The position numbers were made by a program, and so were the translations under genes. From NCBI GenBank assembly GCA_963514005.1, contig OY740800.1, positions 30,442,001 to 30,506,000 on the forward strand: 64,000 bases of DNA, written 5' to 3'. Below are positions 46,756 through 59,574 of this stretch, piece by piece. The stretch is from Raja brachyura. Taxonomy: Eukaryota. The notes under the pieces were generated by a model, which saw nothing but the letters and a program-made list of their open reading frames with translations, had not been told where the DNA came from and ran no database searches. Every line of letters begins with the position of its first letter. The first letter of the stretch is position 1.

Positions 46756-46973
46756 TCACTTCAGTGACAAGTTCTTCAAATATTCTTCCACATTTTCATA
46801 GTCATCAGAGTCGGATTCTGACGAGTCCTCTGAGACCTGGGAACCCATGGGTCTGTCGCTCTTTCTTCGTGTCCTTATCTTGTGATGGGGGTCCTTGGGA
46901 CCGTGGTTCATGGGAAGGAAGATTCCATCACCTCTGTGGCTCATGACGTCGCTTTTTTGTTTACTGAGGGAGG
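46756..46973 (-). CDS. DEF6/SWAP70-family gene, probable terminal coding exon
   Basis: gtgttgcag|CC TCC...; phase-1 join to the previous exon gives an open frame ASLSKQKSDVMSHRG...SESDSDDYENVEEYLKNLSLK-TGA. Supported by phase only, not homology. Confidence 0.65.
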
Positions 46974-47049
46974 CTGCAACACAAGGTTCACAAATTACAG
47001 AGCAGCAATAACTTGTACGTACGCAGGACCCGCATCACAATTTTAGATT

Positions 47050-47335
47050 AAAGTTACAGCACGGAAACAGCCCCTTCGGCCCACCGAGTCCGTGCCGATA
47101 CTCTAGCATCATCCTACATGCACTAGGGGCAATTTACAATCTTTACCAAAACCAATTAACCTACCAACCTGCATCTCTTGGGGGTGTGGGAGGAAACCGG
47201 AGCACCCGGGGAAAACCCACGCGGACACGGGGAGAACATACAAACTCCACAAAGACAGCACCTGTAGCTAGGATCGAACCCGGGTCTCTGGCGCTGCAAG
47301 GCAGCAACTCTACCGCAAGGCAGCACCATGCCGCC
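47050..47335 (-). mobile_element. tRNA-derived V-SINE/HE1-like SINE
   Basis: B box GGTTCGATCC, conserved body, CR1-like tail ctgtttccgtgctgta. Confidence 0.8.
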
Positions 47336-48299
47336 TATAATGCCATGCTTGAGGTGCTTCACAGGACTGTAATGTGACTGTAAATTTTATCACCTGATCA
47401 CGTGAAGAGCTATCAGGAAAGGTGAGCACAGGTTTGGTCACAAGTGAGCAGCACATGGTAGTGGTGGGGAGGATAGAGATAGATATGGGGAGGGAGTGCC
47501 TTCGAGCGCGGCACCACTGAGAGTCATGGAAGAAAGAACAATGGGGACTGGTCCAGATGCCAGGACCAGGGAACTGCAGAGACCAGGGAGAGTTGTGGAA
47601 TTGGAGGAGGTTGTAGAACCAGTGAGGAAGGAGGCCAGGCTCGAATGAGAATTTGTGAATAGAAGCGGCGATCAATAAACGGTGAGTAGAATTAAGAAAT
47701 GGAGTGTGAGGGTAGAGGAAGACAGAGCGAGAGAGATATAAAAGAGAAATAAAGGAGTGAATCCAGGAAAATTGCCCCCCTGTGGTGGTAGATGGCTGAC
47801 AAGTGGGTCGGGGGGGGGGGGGGGGGAAGAGTGAAGTGGATCACCTTCTGTGCATGGTAGGCACAGGCAGGCAATGCCTTACCCTGTGATGGGGCCCCAC
47901 ACCATCACAACCATTTTGACCCACAGAAACTGGTCTTACAAAACTTCCTGCTGATCGACACAAGGCATTACACGCAGAGAAACATGCCAGATATTTGAGG
48001 TGTGACTGGAGCAGGGCTTAAGACTCAGAGATGGGTTCCAGCCAAGCCCCATGGAGAAATGAACACCCCCCTCCCCTCATGGTGGCCCAGTGGGATGGCT
48101 TGCAGAGAGGATGTGTTCTGGAGTTCTAACGTTCTCGTCGTGATGATTCTTTTCCACTGAGTCGGCAGCCAACGTTTTAGCTGTTGCTCATTACACCAGC
48201 CGCACTCGTCGGAAACCACAACCTGATCAGAGATTCTTAACAGCGGCAGCAGGAAATTCAATGTTCAGTCAGCAGAGATGGACCGCTAGCTTCCATCAA

Positions 48300-48650
48300 T
48301 ATATCGCCCACTACCCCCGACCCGTCTGACAGACCCACCTCAACAACACACAAACCCCACTCCACAAAATCCCCCCCCCCAACTCCAATTATGATCGCCA
48401 AAATCTCTACCCCCTGCCCAACCACAACGCAACCCCCATCCCCAAACTCCACACCCACCTCTCTCACTGAACCCTTCAACCATACCCCAACCCATCCCCA
48501 TTCCACTCCATCGCCTCCCATTCCCCAACCCCAGACCCACACCCTGCTCCTCCCACTTCTCAAACCTCAATCGCTGCACATCCCTCACTCCTCAAACTCA
48601 CCCCATACCCCTAAAGACACTTAACCCCCCCCCCCCCCCACCTCTCTCCT
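48300..48650. repeat. C/A-rich low-complexity tract
   Basis: Runs of CCCC interspersed with A; G-rich on the minus strand. Confidence 0.7.
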
Positions 48651-48831
48651 TCAGGGTGTGCACCATGACTCATGCCCAACCCCATTCTATGTTCAAAGGG
48701 CAGCAGCAACCTGCAGATTCCTCCTCCAATACATTGCTGATGCCAAGCTCAATGGGGTTTCCAGTATTGCATGGAACCACTAGAACCAACCCGGCCTCAT
48801 CAGCTGCCGTCAGTTGCCGACTTGCCCTTAC

Positions 48832-48922
48832 CCCCAGGCCCGATCGGCTGCATCAGTCGGGTCAGCTGCACGTTCCACTGTTTCACACATCGACTCGCCT
48901 GCCTCCGCTTTGTCTTCGCCGC
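48832..48922 (-). CDS. DEF6/SWAP70-family coding exon
   Basis: tctcttcag|GCG...GGG G|gtaag; AAKTKRRQASRCVKQWNVQLTRLMQPIGPG resembles the DEF6 WNVQMNRLMHPIEPG motif (recalled). Confidence 0.9.
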
Positions 48923-49337
48923 CTGAAGAGAAAAGGACATCTTAACACAGCTAGACAGGTCCTACCATCAAGCCACTTACAAAAAGCACAGAGACAGTGT
49001 GCCATGCTGATCAGACCAACGCCAATCCCAATGCCCCACACTCTGGCAGTGGTGCTGGTTTGAGGAAACACTGACTATTGGCATCAGTCTCAGTGCTCAT
49101 TCACCAACCTGCAGGATAACGCAAAATGCTCAGCAATTAAATTCACAATAAGTAGACTGAATTAAGTAAAAGGAAAAGCTTCTAGGAACAGGGTATCATT
49201 TCCAATAGTGGCTTTTCGACAGTCAGAAACAGGCAGACTCTGGCTTTTCCACATGAAAACAATGTTGCAGCGTCACCAAGAGCAATTGGTCACAGCATAT
49301 GAGGAATACTGCTTTAAAACAGCAACAACCAATGTCC

Positions 49338-49537
49338 GAAGATAAATACAAAATGCTGGAGTAACTCAGCGGGACAGGCAGCATCACTGGATAGAAGTAA
49401 TGGGTGACGTTTCGGGTCGAGACCCTTCTTCAGACTCAACCCGAAAAGTCACCCATTCCTTCTAACCTGTCCCGCTGAGTTACTCCAATATTTTGTGTCT
49501 ATCTTTGGTTTAAACCAGCATCTGCAGTTCCTTCCTA
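49338..49537. repeat. Palindromic Penelope-derived repeat with consensus hammerhead core on the - strand (49403-49436)
   Basis: Minus: AGU CUGAAGA A GGGU-CUCG-ACCC GAAAC GUC ACC; flanking arms are inverted. Confidence 0.8.
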
Positions 49538-49771
49538 AACGACCAATGACCCATACGTTACATGGCCCATCTGTAATTTATAGCTTTCTGCTTGGAAAGT
49601 AGGTGATGTAAGTTTGCCAGGCAGAGTGGCTAGAATTTATCCCCTACAACGTTAAGGTTGAAACAGAAAAGGTGAAAAGAATGATATCCCGAGTTTGCCC
49701 TGTGGATATCTGACAGGTCTATGCAAAGATCCAATCACTCCTGAAGTCCATGCCAATCCAATTCAGGATAT

Positions 49772-49985
49772 AGGAAAGAACTGCAGATGCTGGTTTAAAT
49801 CAAAGATAGACACAAAACGCTGGAGTATCTCAGCGGAACAGGCAGAATCTCTGGAGAGAAGAAATGGGTGATGTTTTGGGTCGACATCCTACTTCAGACT
49901 GAATCATTCCTGAAATGTTATCCATTTCTGCTCTTCAGAGATGCTGCCTGTGCTGCTGAGTTACTCCAGTATTTTGTGCCTATCC
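49772..49985. repeat. Palindromic Penelope-derived repeat, degraded
   Basis: Same arms as 16896-17099. Confidence 0.72.
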
Positions 49986-50320
49986 AATGCAGGCTAATTG
50001 AGTACCTCTTATATTAACCCTGTACTTTCTCATTCCTGCTTCACTGACTGCTGCAGGGTCTTGCTGATAAGATGACCTGGTGTAACTTGGCGACTAATCT
50101 TGCAGTGTGGCAAATAGTGAGGCTGCAAGGAGTGGTACTGACCTGAATGGCACAAGTACCGATCCCTCAGAGCAGTGTGGACAATTTCTAATCACAATTT
50201 AAATACCAATTTGCTTTCTCATTGTTCTTCCCAGAGTCGATGCCCTCACACGTCCCCTGCATAATATTCAAATTGCCAATTTGTTCACTCACTAAACCTA
50301 TCTCCACCCTCCACCCTGTC

Positions 50321-50518
50321 GGAAGGGACTGCAGATGCAGGGTTACACTAAAGATAGACACAAAATACTGGAGTAACTCAGCGGGTCAGGCATCATTTCT
50401 GGAGAAAAGGTGACATTTTGGGTCGAGACCCTTCTTCAGACAGAGTCAGGGGAGAGGGAAACTAGAGGTATGAAAAGATACAGACCAAATCAGACCCGGT
50501 ACCGATGACCAAGGAGCC
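50321..50518 (-). repeat. Penelope-derived terminal-repeat fragment
   Basis: Matches 40308-40500; GAAA core mutated to AAAA. Confidence 0.72.
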
Positions 50519-50519
50519 C

Positions 50520-52130
50520 ACCTTGTGAACCTAAGCTGCACTCCCTCAATAGCAAAAATGTCCTTCCTCAAAATATGATACCAAAATTGCACACAATACT
50601 CCAGGTGCGGTCTCACCAGGACCCTGTACAACTGCAGTAGGACCTCCGTGCTCATAAACTCAAATCCTCTCGCAATGAAGTCCAACATGCCATTAGCTTT
50701 CTACACTGCCTGCTGTTCCTGCATGCTTACTTTCAGTGACTGATGTACAAGCACACCCAGGTCTCGTTGCACCTCCCCTTTTTCTAATCTGATACCGTTC
50801 AGATAACAATCTGCCTTCCTGTTCTCACCACCAAAATGTATAATCTATTGGTTCCCTTTTATAACAGCCATAGTCGTATCGCACAGAAATGCACCCTTCA
50901 GCCCACCATGTCCAAGTTGAGCTACAGTAATGCCATTTGCCCATATTGCGTCTGTATCTATGGCTTGTCTATTCAAATGTCTGTCTAAATGTGTCCTAAA
51001 CATAGTAATTGTATCCGATTCTACCATCGCTCCTGCCAGTGTGTTCCAGACACAACAACTCTTTATAAAAATAACACACCTCTAAGATCCCCTCTGAATC
51101 TCCTATTTCCCTTCTTAAAACTAGTGCACTCTTGTTTTTGATAGCCCTACTATGAAAAAAAAACAATCTGACTTGTTTACCCTAACACCACCTCTTGTAA
51201 TGTTATCTACTTCTGTCAGTCTCCCTCGCTCCCCTAAGCCTATCCAATCTCTCCCCATGACTAAATTTCTCCAGTCGAGGCAACATCTTGCTGAATCTCC
51301 TTTGTACTCTATCCAGCACAACCACATCCTTCCTGTACTGTGGTGACCGGAACTGCACACACTGCTCTAAGTGTGGCCTATCCTGTGTTTTGAAATTTTT
51401 ATTGAAGTGTTTTATATTTTATGCCCTGAACTATGAAGGCAAGCATACCATATACCTTTTTCACCACCCTACCGACGTGTGTTGCCTTTTTCAGGGAACA
51501 TCATTCTATTCATCAACATTCGTTTGCACCCTACCATTTACTTCCTATACCATAGCCCTATTTGGTCCCCAATACTCCACCACACATTTATGTACATAAG
51601 TTATAGGAGCAGAATTACATCACATCTACTCCGCCATTCAATCATGCCCGATCTATCTTTCCCTCTCAACCCCATTCTCATGCCTTCTCCCCATAACCCT
51701 TGACATCCTTGCTAATCAAGAACCTAATAACCTCCACCTTAAAAATACCCATCGTCCTGGCCTCCACAGCCTTCCTTGCTAATGAATTCCACAGATTCAC
51801 CTCCTTCTGACAAAAGAAATTCCTCCTCATCTTTCTAAAGGTAGGTGTTTTCATTCTGAGGCTACAGCTTCTGGTTTTAGATACTCCCACTCGTGGAAGC
51901 CACGTCTCCACATCCACTACACCAGGCCTTTCACAATTCAGTAAGTTTCAATGAGCTTCTCCCTCATCCTTCTAAATTCTAGTGAATACAGGCCCAATGC
52001 CGTCAAACGCTCATCATATGTTAACCTAATCATCCCTGGAATAATTTTCGTAAACCTCCTCTGGACTCTCTCCAACGCCAGCACATCCTTCCTCAGAAAT
52101 GGAGCCCAAAACTGCTCACAATACTCCAAA
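50520..52130 (-). mobile_element. Cluster of CR1 3' fragments of different ages
   Basis: FIARGFEF...LLQLYRVLVRPHLEYCVQFW (50520-50850); LEYCEQFWAPFLRKDVLALERVQRRFT...LYSLEFRR (51600-52130); an older piece lies between. Confidence 0.8.
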
Positions 52131-52367
52131 TTTGTTGGTATTAAATTACATCTGCCAATGCTCTGCCCATCTTTCCAACTGATCCAGATCCTGTTGCAGC
52201 TTTTGACAACCTTCCTCACTATCCACAGCACCACCAACTTTATCCACCCTCCTTGTTGTGTCCTCACAGATGTCAAACTCAAGTTCCCTTTCACACTACT
52301 ATGGTGACTCGGCGAGTGTTACAAGGGCCAAGACCTATGCACGGTGTGGTTGGGAGGGGTTACTCAC

Positions 52368-52545
52368 AGCCAGGTCCTGCTTGTGATGCCGACGGTTCTC
52401 CCTCAGCTCATCCACTGCTTGCTGCAGAGCTTGTGCCTCATGGGTCATCTGTTGCCGCTCCTCCTGCCAGAGCAGAGGGTTGAGATCCTGCTCCGACTTC
52501 AGCCTCATCAGCTCCCTCAGCTTCTCCTCCTCCTCCTGCAACAGC
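52368..52545 (-). CDS. DEF6/SWAP70-family coding exon (coiled coil)
   Basis: gctttcag|G CTG...GCT|gtgagt; LLQEEEEKLRELMRLKSEQ...LQQAVDELRENR. Confidence 0.9.
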
Positions 52546-53127
52546 CTGAAAGCAAGAGTGGCAAAAGGAGAGTTCAAAAGGGCAGCTTTGCTGCGTGGAA
52601 CCATTTGATTGTGGGCAACTTTACAGCAAAGTATGGTGAGGAAGGAGGAGATGAAAGCATCAAGGAAACTTGCACTTCTCACTCCTAAAGCCCTCTTCAG
52701 CCTTTGAAAGCGCTGCAATGCAGGAAATACAGCAGGAGTTGGGTTATTTTCCATGAATATGAAAGAGAAAAGCAACCAAATAACTTGCTTTCCCTCCCAG
52801 TGGGGAGATACATATTGTCTGGGAAACAGTGAAGGAGTAATTGTCATTATTATACATTATTATGTCCACCAACCATCAAACATCTACCAAACTACCAATT
52901 AACCAAACAATCTGCACCTCTTTGGGATGTGGGAGCATCCGGAAGAAACCCACATGGCCACAGGGAGGACTTGCAAACTCCTCACAGACATCACCGCAGC
53001 CAAGTGTTGGGGAAGTGGCAGAAATCTTGTGCCCGAGGGAAAATGGGAGAACCTGGACGCTAAAGTAGGACTTGGAGGAGATTTTAAACAGGCTGTGAGA
53101 AAGTATCAAGCAAAGGCTCATCTTTTG

Positions 53128-53425
53128 GGCCGCACAGTGGCACAGCAGTAGAGCTGCTGCCTCACAGCCCCTGAGACCTGGGTTCAGTCCTGACTATGGG
53201 TTTTTGTAAAGAGCTTGTACGTTCTCCCTGTCACCACGTGGGTTTTCTCCGGGTGCTCAGGTTTCCTCCCACATTCCAAAGATAAATAGATTTGTAGGTT
53301 AATTTGCTTTAGTTTAAAAAAAAATTAAATTGTCCCTAGTGTGTAGGATAGTGTCAGTGTACAGGTTGATCGCTGGTCGGCACAAACGCGATGGGCTGAA
53401 GGGCCTTTTAGCGCGCTGTATCCCT
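53128..53425 (+). mobile_element. tRNA-derived V-SINE/HE1-like SINE
   Basis: GGCCGCACAGTGGCACAGCAGTAG...GGTTCAGTCC, conserved body and tail. Confidence 0.78.
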
Positions 53426-53571
53426 TTCGTCGGTGGAATGGGTTATATTACCACTGAGCTCCCATGTAGATGTGAGAAAGCTCCTGCATGCATTAGGGAG
53501 GTGTAAGCAGTTTAGTGGTTCAATCCTAACCAGCCCATTACAAGCCGTCTGGCGGCAGCCGGTGTCCTCAC

Positions 53572-53738
53572 CTTGCCTGTGCCGAGCGTGCCGCCTGCTC
53601 GCGGGTTCGTGCCTGGATCTCCACCTCCAACGCCTGCTCCAGCCCTCGCTGCATCCGCTCCAGCTCCTGAATCCGGCGGCGCTGAAATCCTGCCTCCACT
53701 TCTTTCTGCTCCATCTCCAGTTGCAGGTGGAGGTTGTC
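53572..53738 (-). CDS. DEF6/SWAP70-family coding exon (coiled coil)
   Basis: ctccccttgaag|GAC...GCA AG|gtgag; LQLEMEQKEVEA..QRRRIQELERMQRGLEQALEVEIQAR. Confidence 0.88.
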
Positions 53739-55687
53739 CTTCAAGGGGAGGAGTAAGAGACAGAGGGGTCACAGACGGAATAACTCGGCAGACACCCAAT
53801 GTTCTGAGCTCGGTCTTGGGAAGAGATTAGCAGGATGGTGAAAAAGTTTCATGGAAGCTCCAAATCACTTTGAAGAAAGGAAAAATTCCCATCGATTCCT
53901 TGGAATTTACGTTTTTTTTTTTTTGCCCATGTTTATGTGCTGCTGCTGAAAGCAAGATTTTGATTGTCCCTGTACCTCACTATACTTGTGCATATGGCAA
54001 TGAACTCGACTTGAATCTCAGGTGCCTAAAAGCTCAAAGTAGACAAGGAGCATAAATGATTTGGATGAAAATGTGAATGGGTTGATTAGGAAGCTTGCAG
54101 ACTGCACAATATTTGGTCGAGTTGCAGACAATACAAAAGGCTGCTAAAGTACACAGCAGGATATAGACCAGTTGCAGGTATGCCAGATGGAGTTAAATCT
54201 GGAGACAAAAGTGATTGCAGATGCTGGAATCCTGAGAAAAACAAAGTGCTGGAGGAACTCAGTAGGTAAAGCTGCATCTGTGGAAGGAAATGGACAGATG
54301 ATGTTTCGGGTCGGGACCCTCCTTCACTGATGGGAGGTGGGGGGGGGGGTTATTTGGAATAGCGAGGTGGGGGTGAGAAGAGCCTGGCAAATGATAGGTG
54401 GATAAAAGAGGGGTGGAGGGTGATTAGCAGATGGGTGGTGCTGGATGTTATGTGAAAAGGCAGTTAAGGAGGTTTCAAATCGGCACTTAAATATACAAGG
54501 AATGGAAGGATATCGATCACATACAAGCAGAAGGGATTAGTTTAATTTGGCATCATGTTTGGCACAGACATCGTGGGCTGAAGGGACGGTTCCTGTGCTG
54601 TACTGTTCTATTTTCTGTGCATTTACATTTTTTCTGACTATAGGCTTTACTGTTGTATTTGTTCTGTAGTTATCTGGTCCAATCTTGCTGGAGATCTTAG
54701 CCTCATAACTCCAAGGCTGCATGTAATTATTTGGACCGAGACAAGCGATGGTAACTCTATCGTGACAATCACCGCCAGGGCAGGGAGAGGACATTTCCCT
54801 TGAGGCTGCTCCGTTTAATACTGCCGCACCGTTGCTGCATGTTAGATGGATGGCAAAATCAGATGCACCCATGGTTCGGTGCGAGTTAACAGGTTCAGCT
54901 CCACACCGGGTCACAATGGTGGTGAACAATAAACAGGGCGGAGGAGACTCCATAAATACGTGAATGCAAAAGGAGAGAGTGAAGTGTTTGCAACCATCTT
55001 CAGGCACGGGTAGCACCCCAGCCTGCCTCCTGCATGATATCAGTAAATGGGGAAGTGCTTGAGACAGACTCGGAGAGAGATGCAGCCCAACGGGTCTGCA
55101 CCAACCATAAACCACCCGTTTGCACTAATCCCACATTAATTCCATTTGTCATTCTCCGCACATTCTCAACTCCCCTCCCCAGCAAAAGAGGTTTCCTTTA
55201 GAAAATGGTGCTGCGGTGCTGATAACCTATGCTTGACATCTGTATTCATGTTCCTCCAGAGTAGTTAGAACACTGATGCTTATCCAACACTTAAGAATTG
55301 TCCATAAGACATTGAGTAGCACATAGGCTAGGTCCAGAGCACACCTCCCTCTTCCCTGTCTACCATACTGACAACCCCAAGGCTGATACAGTGAGGATCA
55401 AAAACTCAGCGTATTCCAATCACCCGGTCTCCATACCTGCCTCTGGATGTCCTTTCTGAGTGAGGTCTGCCTCGGCACAGCCTTTTACTGTGGGCCCTTT
55501 CCCTCTGGACTCTGCATTGAGGCTGCTTGAACACCTGCTTTCTCATCTTGCAGGCAAGGCAAACCCCCAGGTCTAACCCCAGCCCTAGTCCCAACCATCA
55601 CCAAGCCTAGATGTGGTCCAACACCAGGCCCATAGCCAGACCTAAGCTCATGTTCAACCACAGGCCAAGCCTTCCGTTAGTTCTTAC

Positions 55688-55795
55688 CTCCTGAGCCTGG
55701 TGTAGTTGCTTCTGCAGCACCTGCTCCATCTCTTCCTGCTGCTCCGTCCACTGGAACTCCTTGTTGTGCCAAATGGCCTGAGCTTCTTCCTGGGC
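55688..55795 (-). CDS. DEF6/SWAP70-family coding exon
   Basis: ctcctag|GCC...GAG|gtaag; 108 nt; AQEEAQAIWHNKEFQWTEQQEEMEQVLQKQLHQAQE. Confidence 0.82.
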
Positions 55796-57181
55796 CTAGG
55801 AGTCCAACAAGAAGGGGTAGTCATGTGGAGCAGCTAATGATGTGTGAGCTGAGGACCATCAGGACTGTCTCAGAGACAGCTGGCCCGGTAGCCATGGCAA
55901 CAGGATTGGACCATTTCTACAATTGGTCTTCTTATTTTATTGTGTTGCACAGGGAGCCAAATGCAACGTAATTTCGTTTGGAACTGCATATATCAATGTA
56001 TTTCTAAATGACAATAAAGTTTGTTTGACTTTGACTTGACTTGACTTCTTCACACAGAGGGGAGTCCGTATTGGAACGAGCTGCCACAGGAAACTGCAGA
56101 AGCGGATACAATTGTGACTTTTAAAAGACATTTGGACCGATATATGGTTAGGTTGGGTTTAAGAGGCCTTTGTTCCAAATGCAGGCAGATGGAACTAACC
56201 CAGAATACGAACTTGGTCAACACATTAAAGTTCAGCTGAAGGGCCTTTTTCCATGCTGAAGAGTTCCATGACTCTATGACCTGTAGACGTTGCAATATTT
56301 GGTATCCGTCTTTGGTGGAAAGTTTTTGTCAGGCTGATGTAGGATTTGCCTGGTGGTCATTAGTATCATGTTCCCCTTCCAGTCGGTGTCAGTTCACTGG
56401 ACCAGTATTGTTTAAAGTGTAGGAAGATCATAGCATGACTTGGCTTCCCTCCCCAACACTAATTGGATGGTGACTGACTGCTCAAAGGTGAGGTGGAGGG
56501 GAAGGGGCAGTGGGAGAGACTGGAGGGATCTCTCCCACCCTCTTTCACAGTGCCACTCACAGCACAATACCACTCCCTTGGCCCTAATTTCAGCCAATGT
56601 AACATCCAAGGATGGCAGGAACCCTGTCCCAAGGACATTACTGCTTGATGTGGCCAGGATACCCTGTTATCATGGGATGGCACAGAGAGGTCACACATGT
56701 GGAGGCAGAGGGTGGGGGGGGCACGTACTGAAAGTGTGTTGGAGATCGGTGAAGGTGAGAGAAGGTGGATGAAGTGGAGAGATCACAGGATTGGGGGAAC
56801 GGTGGGAGAAAATCAGGGTATGTTTGGTTCCATGTACATGCGTGCACACAGATAAATACATACAGGTACGCACACGCCCCTCAGTTGGGTTGAATACTGT
56901 GCACAGTCGAATACGGGTGTAACCTGTACACAGCCCTGGGATCTCACTGACCAGCTTGTATTACAAACAGGCCACTTGCTGCCTCGAGCCAGTGCACCAG
57001 TTTGCCACTGAGTACGTACACGTGAGTATTCTCACAGCCGTGCCCAGCTTTTTCACAATGTGCGATCCAGCCCTAATGCATCCCAGTTTCCCCCCATCCC
57101 TCCCCTAGTCTTGAGCTTAGACCAGGGTCTCCAGGCAGACGCAGGAGGGGGTGGCGGGGGTACACAGGGAAGCCCACGTAC

Positions 57182-57363
57182 CCGTCTGAGCCTCTCCAGC
57201 TCCTGCAGCTGCTTTTGCTTCTCCTGCTGCAACACCACCAGGCTTTGCTCCTCCTTCTTCTTCCTCTGTGCCGCTTGCTGTCGTAGCTCCCGCCGCCGGG
57301 CCTTCTGCTCCCTGTGCAGAGGCGGCTTGTTCTCTGCCTGAAGCCCAATGGCCATGGTGATAC
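57182..57363 (-). CDS. DEF6/SWAP70-family coding exon (end of PH, start of coiled coil)
   Basis: tgtgcag|GT ATC...CGG|gtacg; ITMAIGLQAENKPPLHREQKARRRELR...LQQEKQKQLQELE. Confidence 0.9.
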
Positions 57364-58424
57364 CTGCACAGAGAACAGCATTCACCACACTGAGTGATGC
57401 ACATGGACCCCGTTCCCTCTTCTGTCATCCACTGCCTATGCCTAAGCAATGGATCACGGCATTTCTTTCCCAAATCCCAAGCTGCCGGTGGGAAGCGAGC
57501 CCCGTGAGGAGGTGTCTTGGATTCGGGGTTCATCACGAGCAGGGTGGACACACCACACAGGATACGTTGCCTCAATGTGCCCCAGATCCTCCCACAACAT
57601 CTCCTCAACCCCCGACTTCCACCATATCGACAAGATCAGGGCAACAGATGTGTGCAACTCCACCACCCACAGATTCCCCTCCAAGTCACACACCATCCTG
57701 GTCTTGGATGTACATCGCCGGTCCTCCCTCATCGACAGCACAGTGGAAGCACCTTCACCAAAAAGCCTGCGAGGGGACAAAGAGGCCACTCACCAGCACC
57801 TTCAGGGGTAATTAAGGTTGAGCAATAAAGGCTGGTCTAACTATTGCAACATCATCTCAGACATGAATGATGTCTTACCAACTCCAGGTGGTCATGCACA
57901 CGTGCCAGCTAACACGCATGCCTGTTAACACACACGCAATCATACACATGCTCAAGTGCAGATAGGCACAAAGATGCATATGTGCACACACATTCACATG
58001 CACTTGCATGTAGAAACACATGCATACACACAATAATGGCTTAGTAGGATATGTGCCAAACACAGGAAAATGGGGTCAGCTTAGGTAGACATTTTGATCT
58101 GCATGGATGAGTTGGGCCGAGAGGCCTGTTTCCGTGTTTTATCACTGTGACAAATATGCATAATTAACAACAAGTTCATACATACACACAAGTACACATT
58201 CTCTGAAACCAGTCTGGTTGGAAATAACGGGGCAAAAGCACCTCCTTCTTTGTCCTTGAGAAATATGGGAATTCCTTCTCTTGGATACATAATGAATGTT
58301 GGAAAAAGAAAAAACAAATATTTGTATTGGTTTCCTATTGTCACATGTCGAGATAGTGAAAACATACTTGGTACAAAAATGTACCGAGATACAGTAGTCA
58401 CACCAGCTTCTCGTTTTCACCCAA

Positions 58425-58645
58425 CAAACGGCTAACAATGGGCTGTTTCCTTTATCATCATTACTTTTTTGCATATCGTTCATTTATTGTTCAATATCTC
58501 CCAACATCATCGTCCATATCTCTTGTTTCCCTTTCCCCTGACTGGTCCGAAGAAGGGACTCAAACCGAAACGTCACCCATTCCCTCTCTCCTGAGATGCT
58601 GCCTGTCCCACTGAGTTACTCCAGGTTTTTGTGGCTACCTTCAGT
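58425..58645 (+). repeat. Penelope-derived terminal-repeat fragment
   Basis: GGT CCGAAGA A GGGACTCAAACC GAAAC GTC ACC; reverse complement of the 40308-40540 type. Confidence 0.72.
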
Positions 58646-58994
58646 GAAAAACATGGTTTTGTGTGCTAACCAGTCAAACCATCCCTTACAATCAAACCAA
58701 ACTCAGATACAACAGCTGGTGGTCAGAAATCCTGACAGATTTAGACTTGGAAGAGAGGTTTAAAAGAGTGGAATGATTGTAGTGCACGACAATAAATCCT
58801 CGTCCGAGACCAGCACACAAGGTATCGCCATGCTCCGGTGCCATCTTGCCAATGTTACCCGTCACAGCCTTCCTCAGCTCTCGTGAACTTCTTCATTTTA
58901 GATATTGCCAGCAATTGCAGAAACAAACCCTCCCACCAGCTCCGCGCAGAAGCTGCCCAAAGGCAAGAGGGACAGGAGGCTGAAGATTACTTAC

Positions 58995-59103
58995 TCTCCA
59001 TCCACTCCTGCCGACGCTTGGTGTCAGATGCACTCAGCTCGTACACTCGATTCAAAGTCTTGATGCAGAACAAACAGCGCTTCCCGTCCTTGTCCTGGAG
59101 CGC
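58995..59103 (-). CDS. DEF6/SWAP70-family coding exon (PH domain, second half)
   Basis: ccacag|GCG...GAG A|gtaagt; [36 protein letters not shown]. Confidence 0.92.
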
Positions 59104-59574
59104 CTGTGGGCCGTTAACAAACTCAGCGTAAGGGCCTGACCCGCGAGCAGGTGGGAGAAAGCAGGGAACACATCAGACAAGGGAGCACAAGCATAAAGTG
59201 AAGATGAGGCAACAGAGAATGGACAGCAAAGGGGAGAAGAGAGAGGGTATGGATCAGAGAAAAGAAATTGAGTGAGAGGCGGGCAGAGGAGACAGTAAAC
59301 AGTAGACAATAGTATACAGAAAGCATGTAGCAGAGGGGAGATGGTGTAAAGCAACGATTAGGAAAGAACAGAGGGCACAGACAGGACAGCAGTGATCTGA
59401 GAGTCCAAAGGCAGCTTACAGAAGCGAGAGAGAGCGAGAGAGCGCGTAGATTTAGTCACAAAAGACTTCCACCCACTCGACTGTACAAAGATGTGAACCA
59501 ATAGTAAGCCCACACCCCAGACCTGTACCCTGGCACAATGCAGTGATAGACATTCATCCCAGCAGTCTATCCTT

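Noticed and set aside
56330-56670. Possible ancient SINE or conserved non-coding element
   Set aside because: Could not be matched to a family with confidence by eye
57053-57388. ORF-track starts and stops for exon-containing ORFs (also 52335-52847, 61171-61401, 25074-25811)
   Set aside because: They extend into introns; splice-site-defined boundaries were used instead
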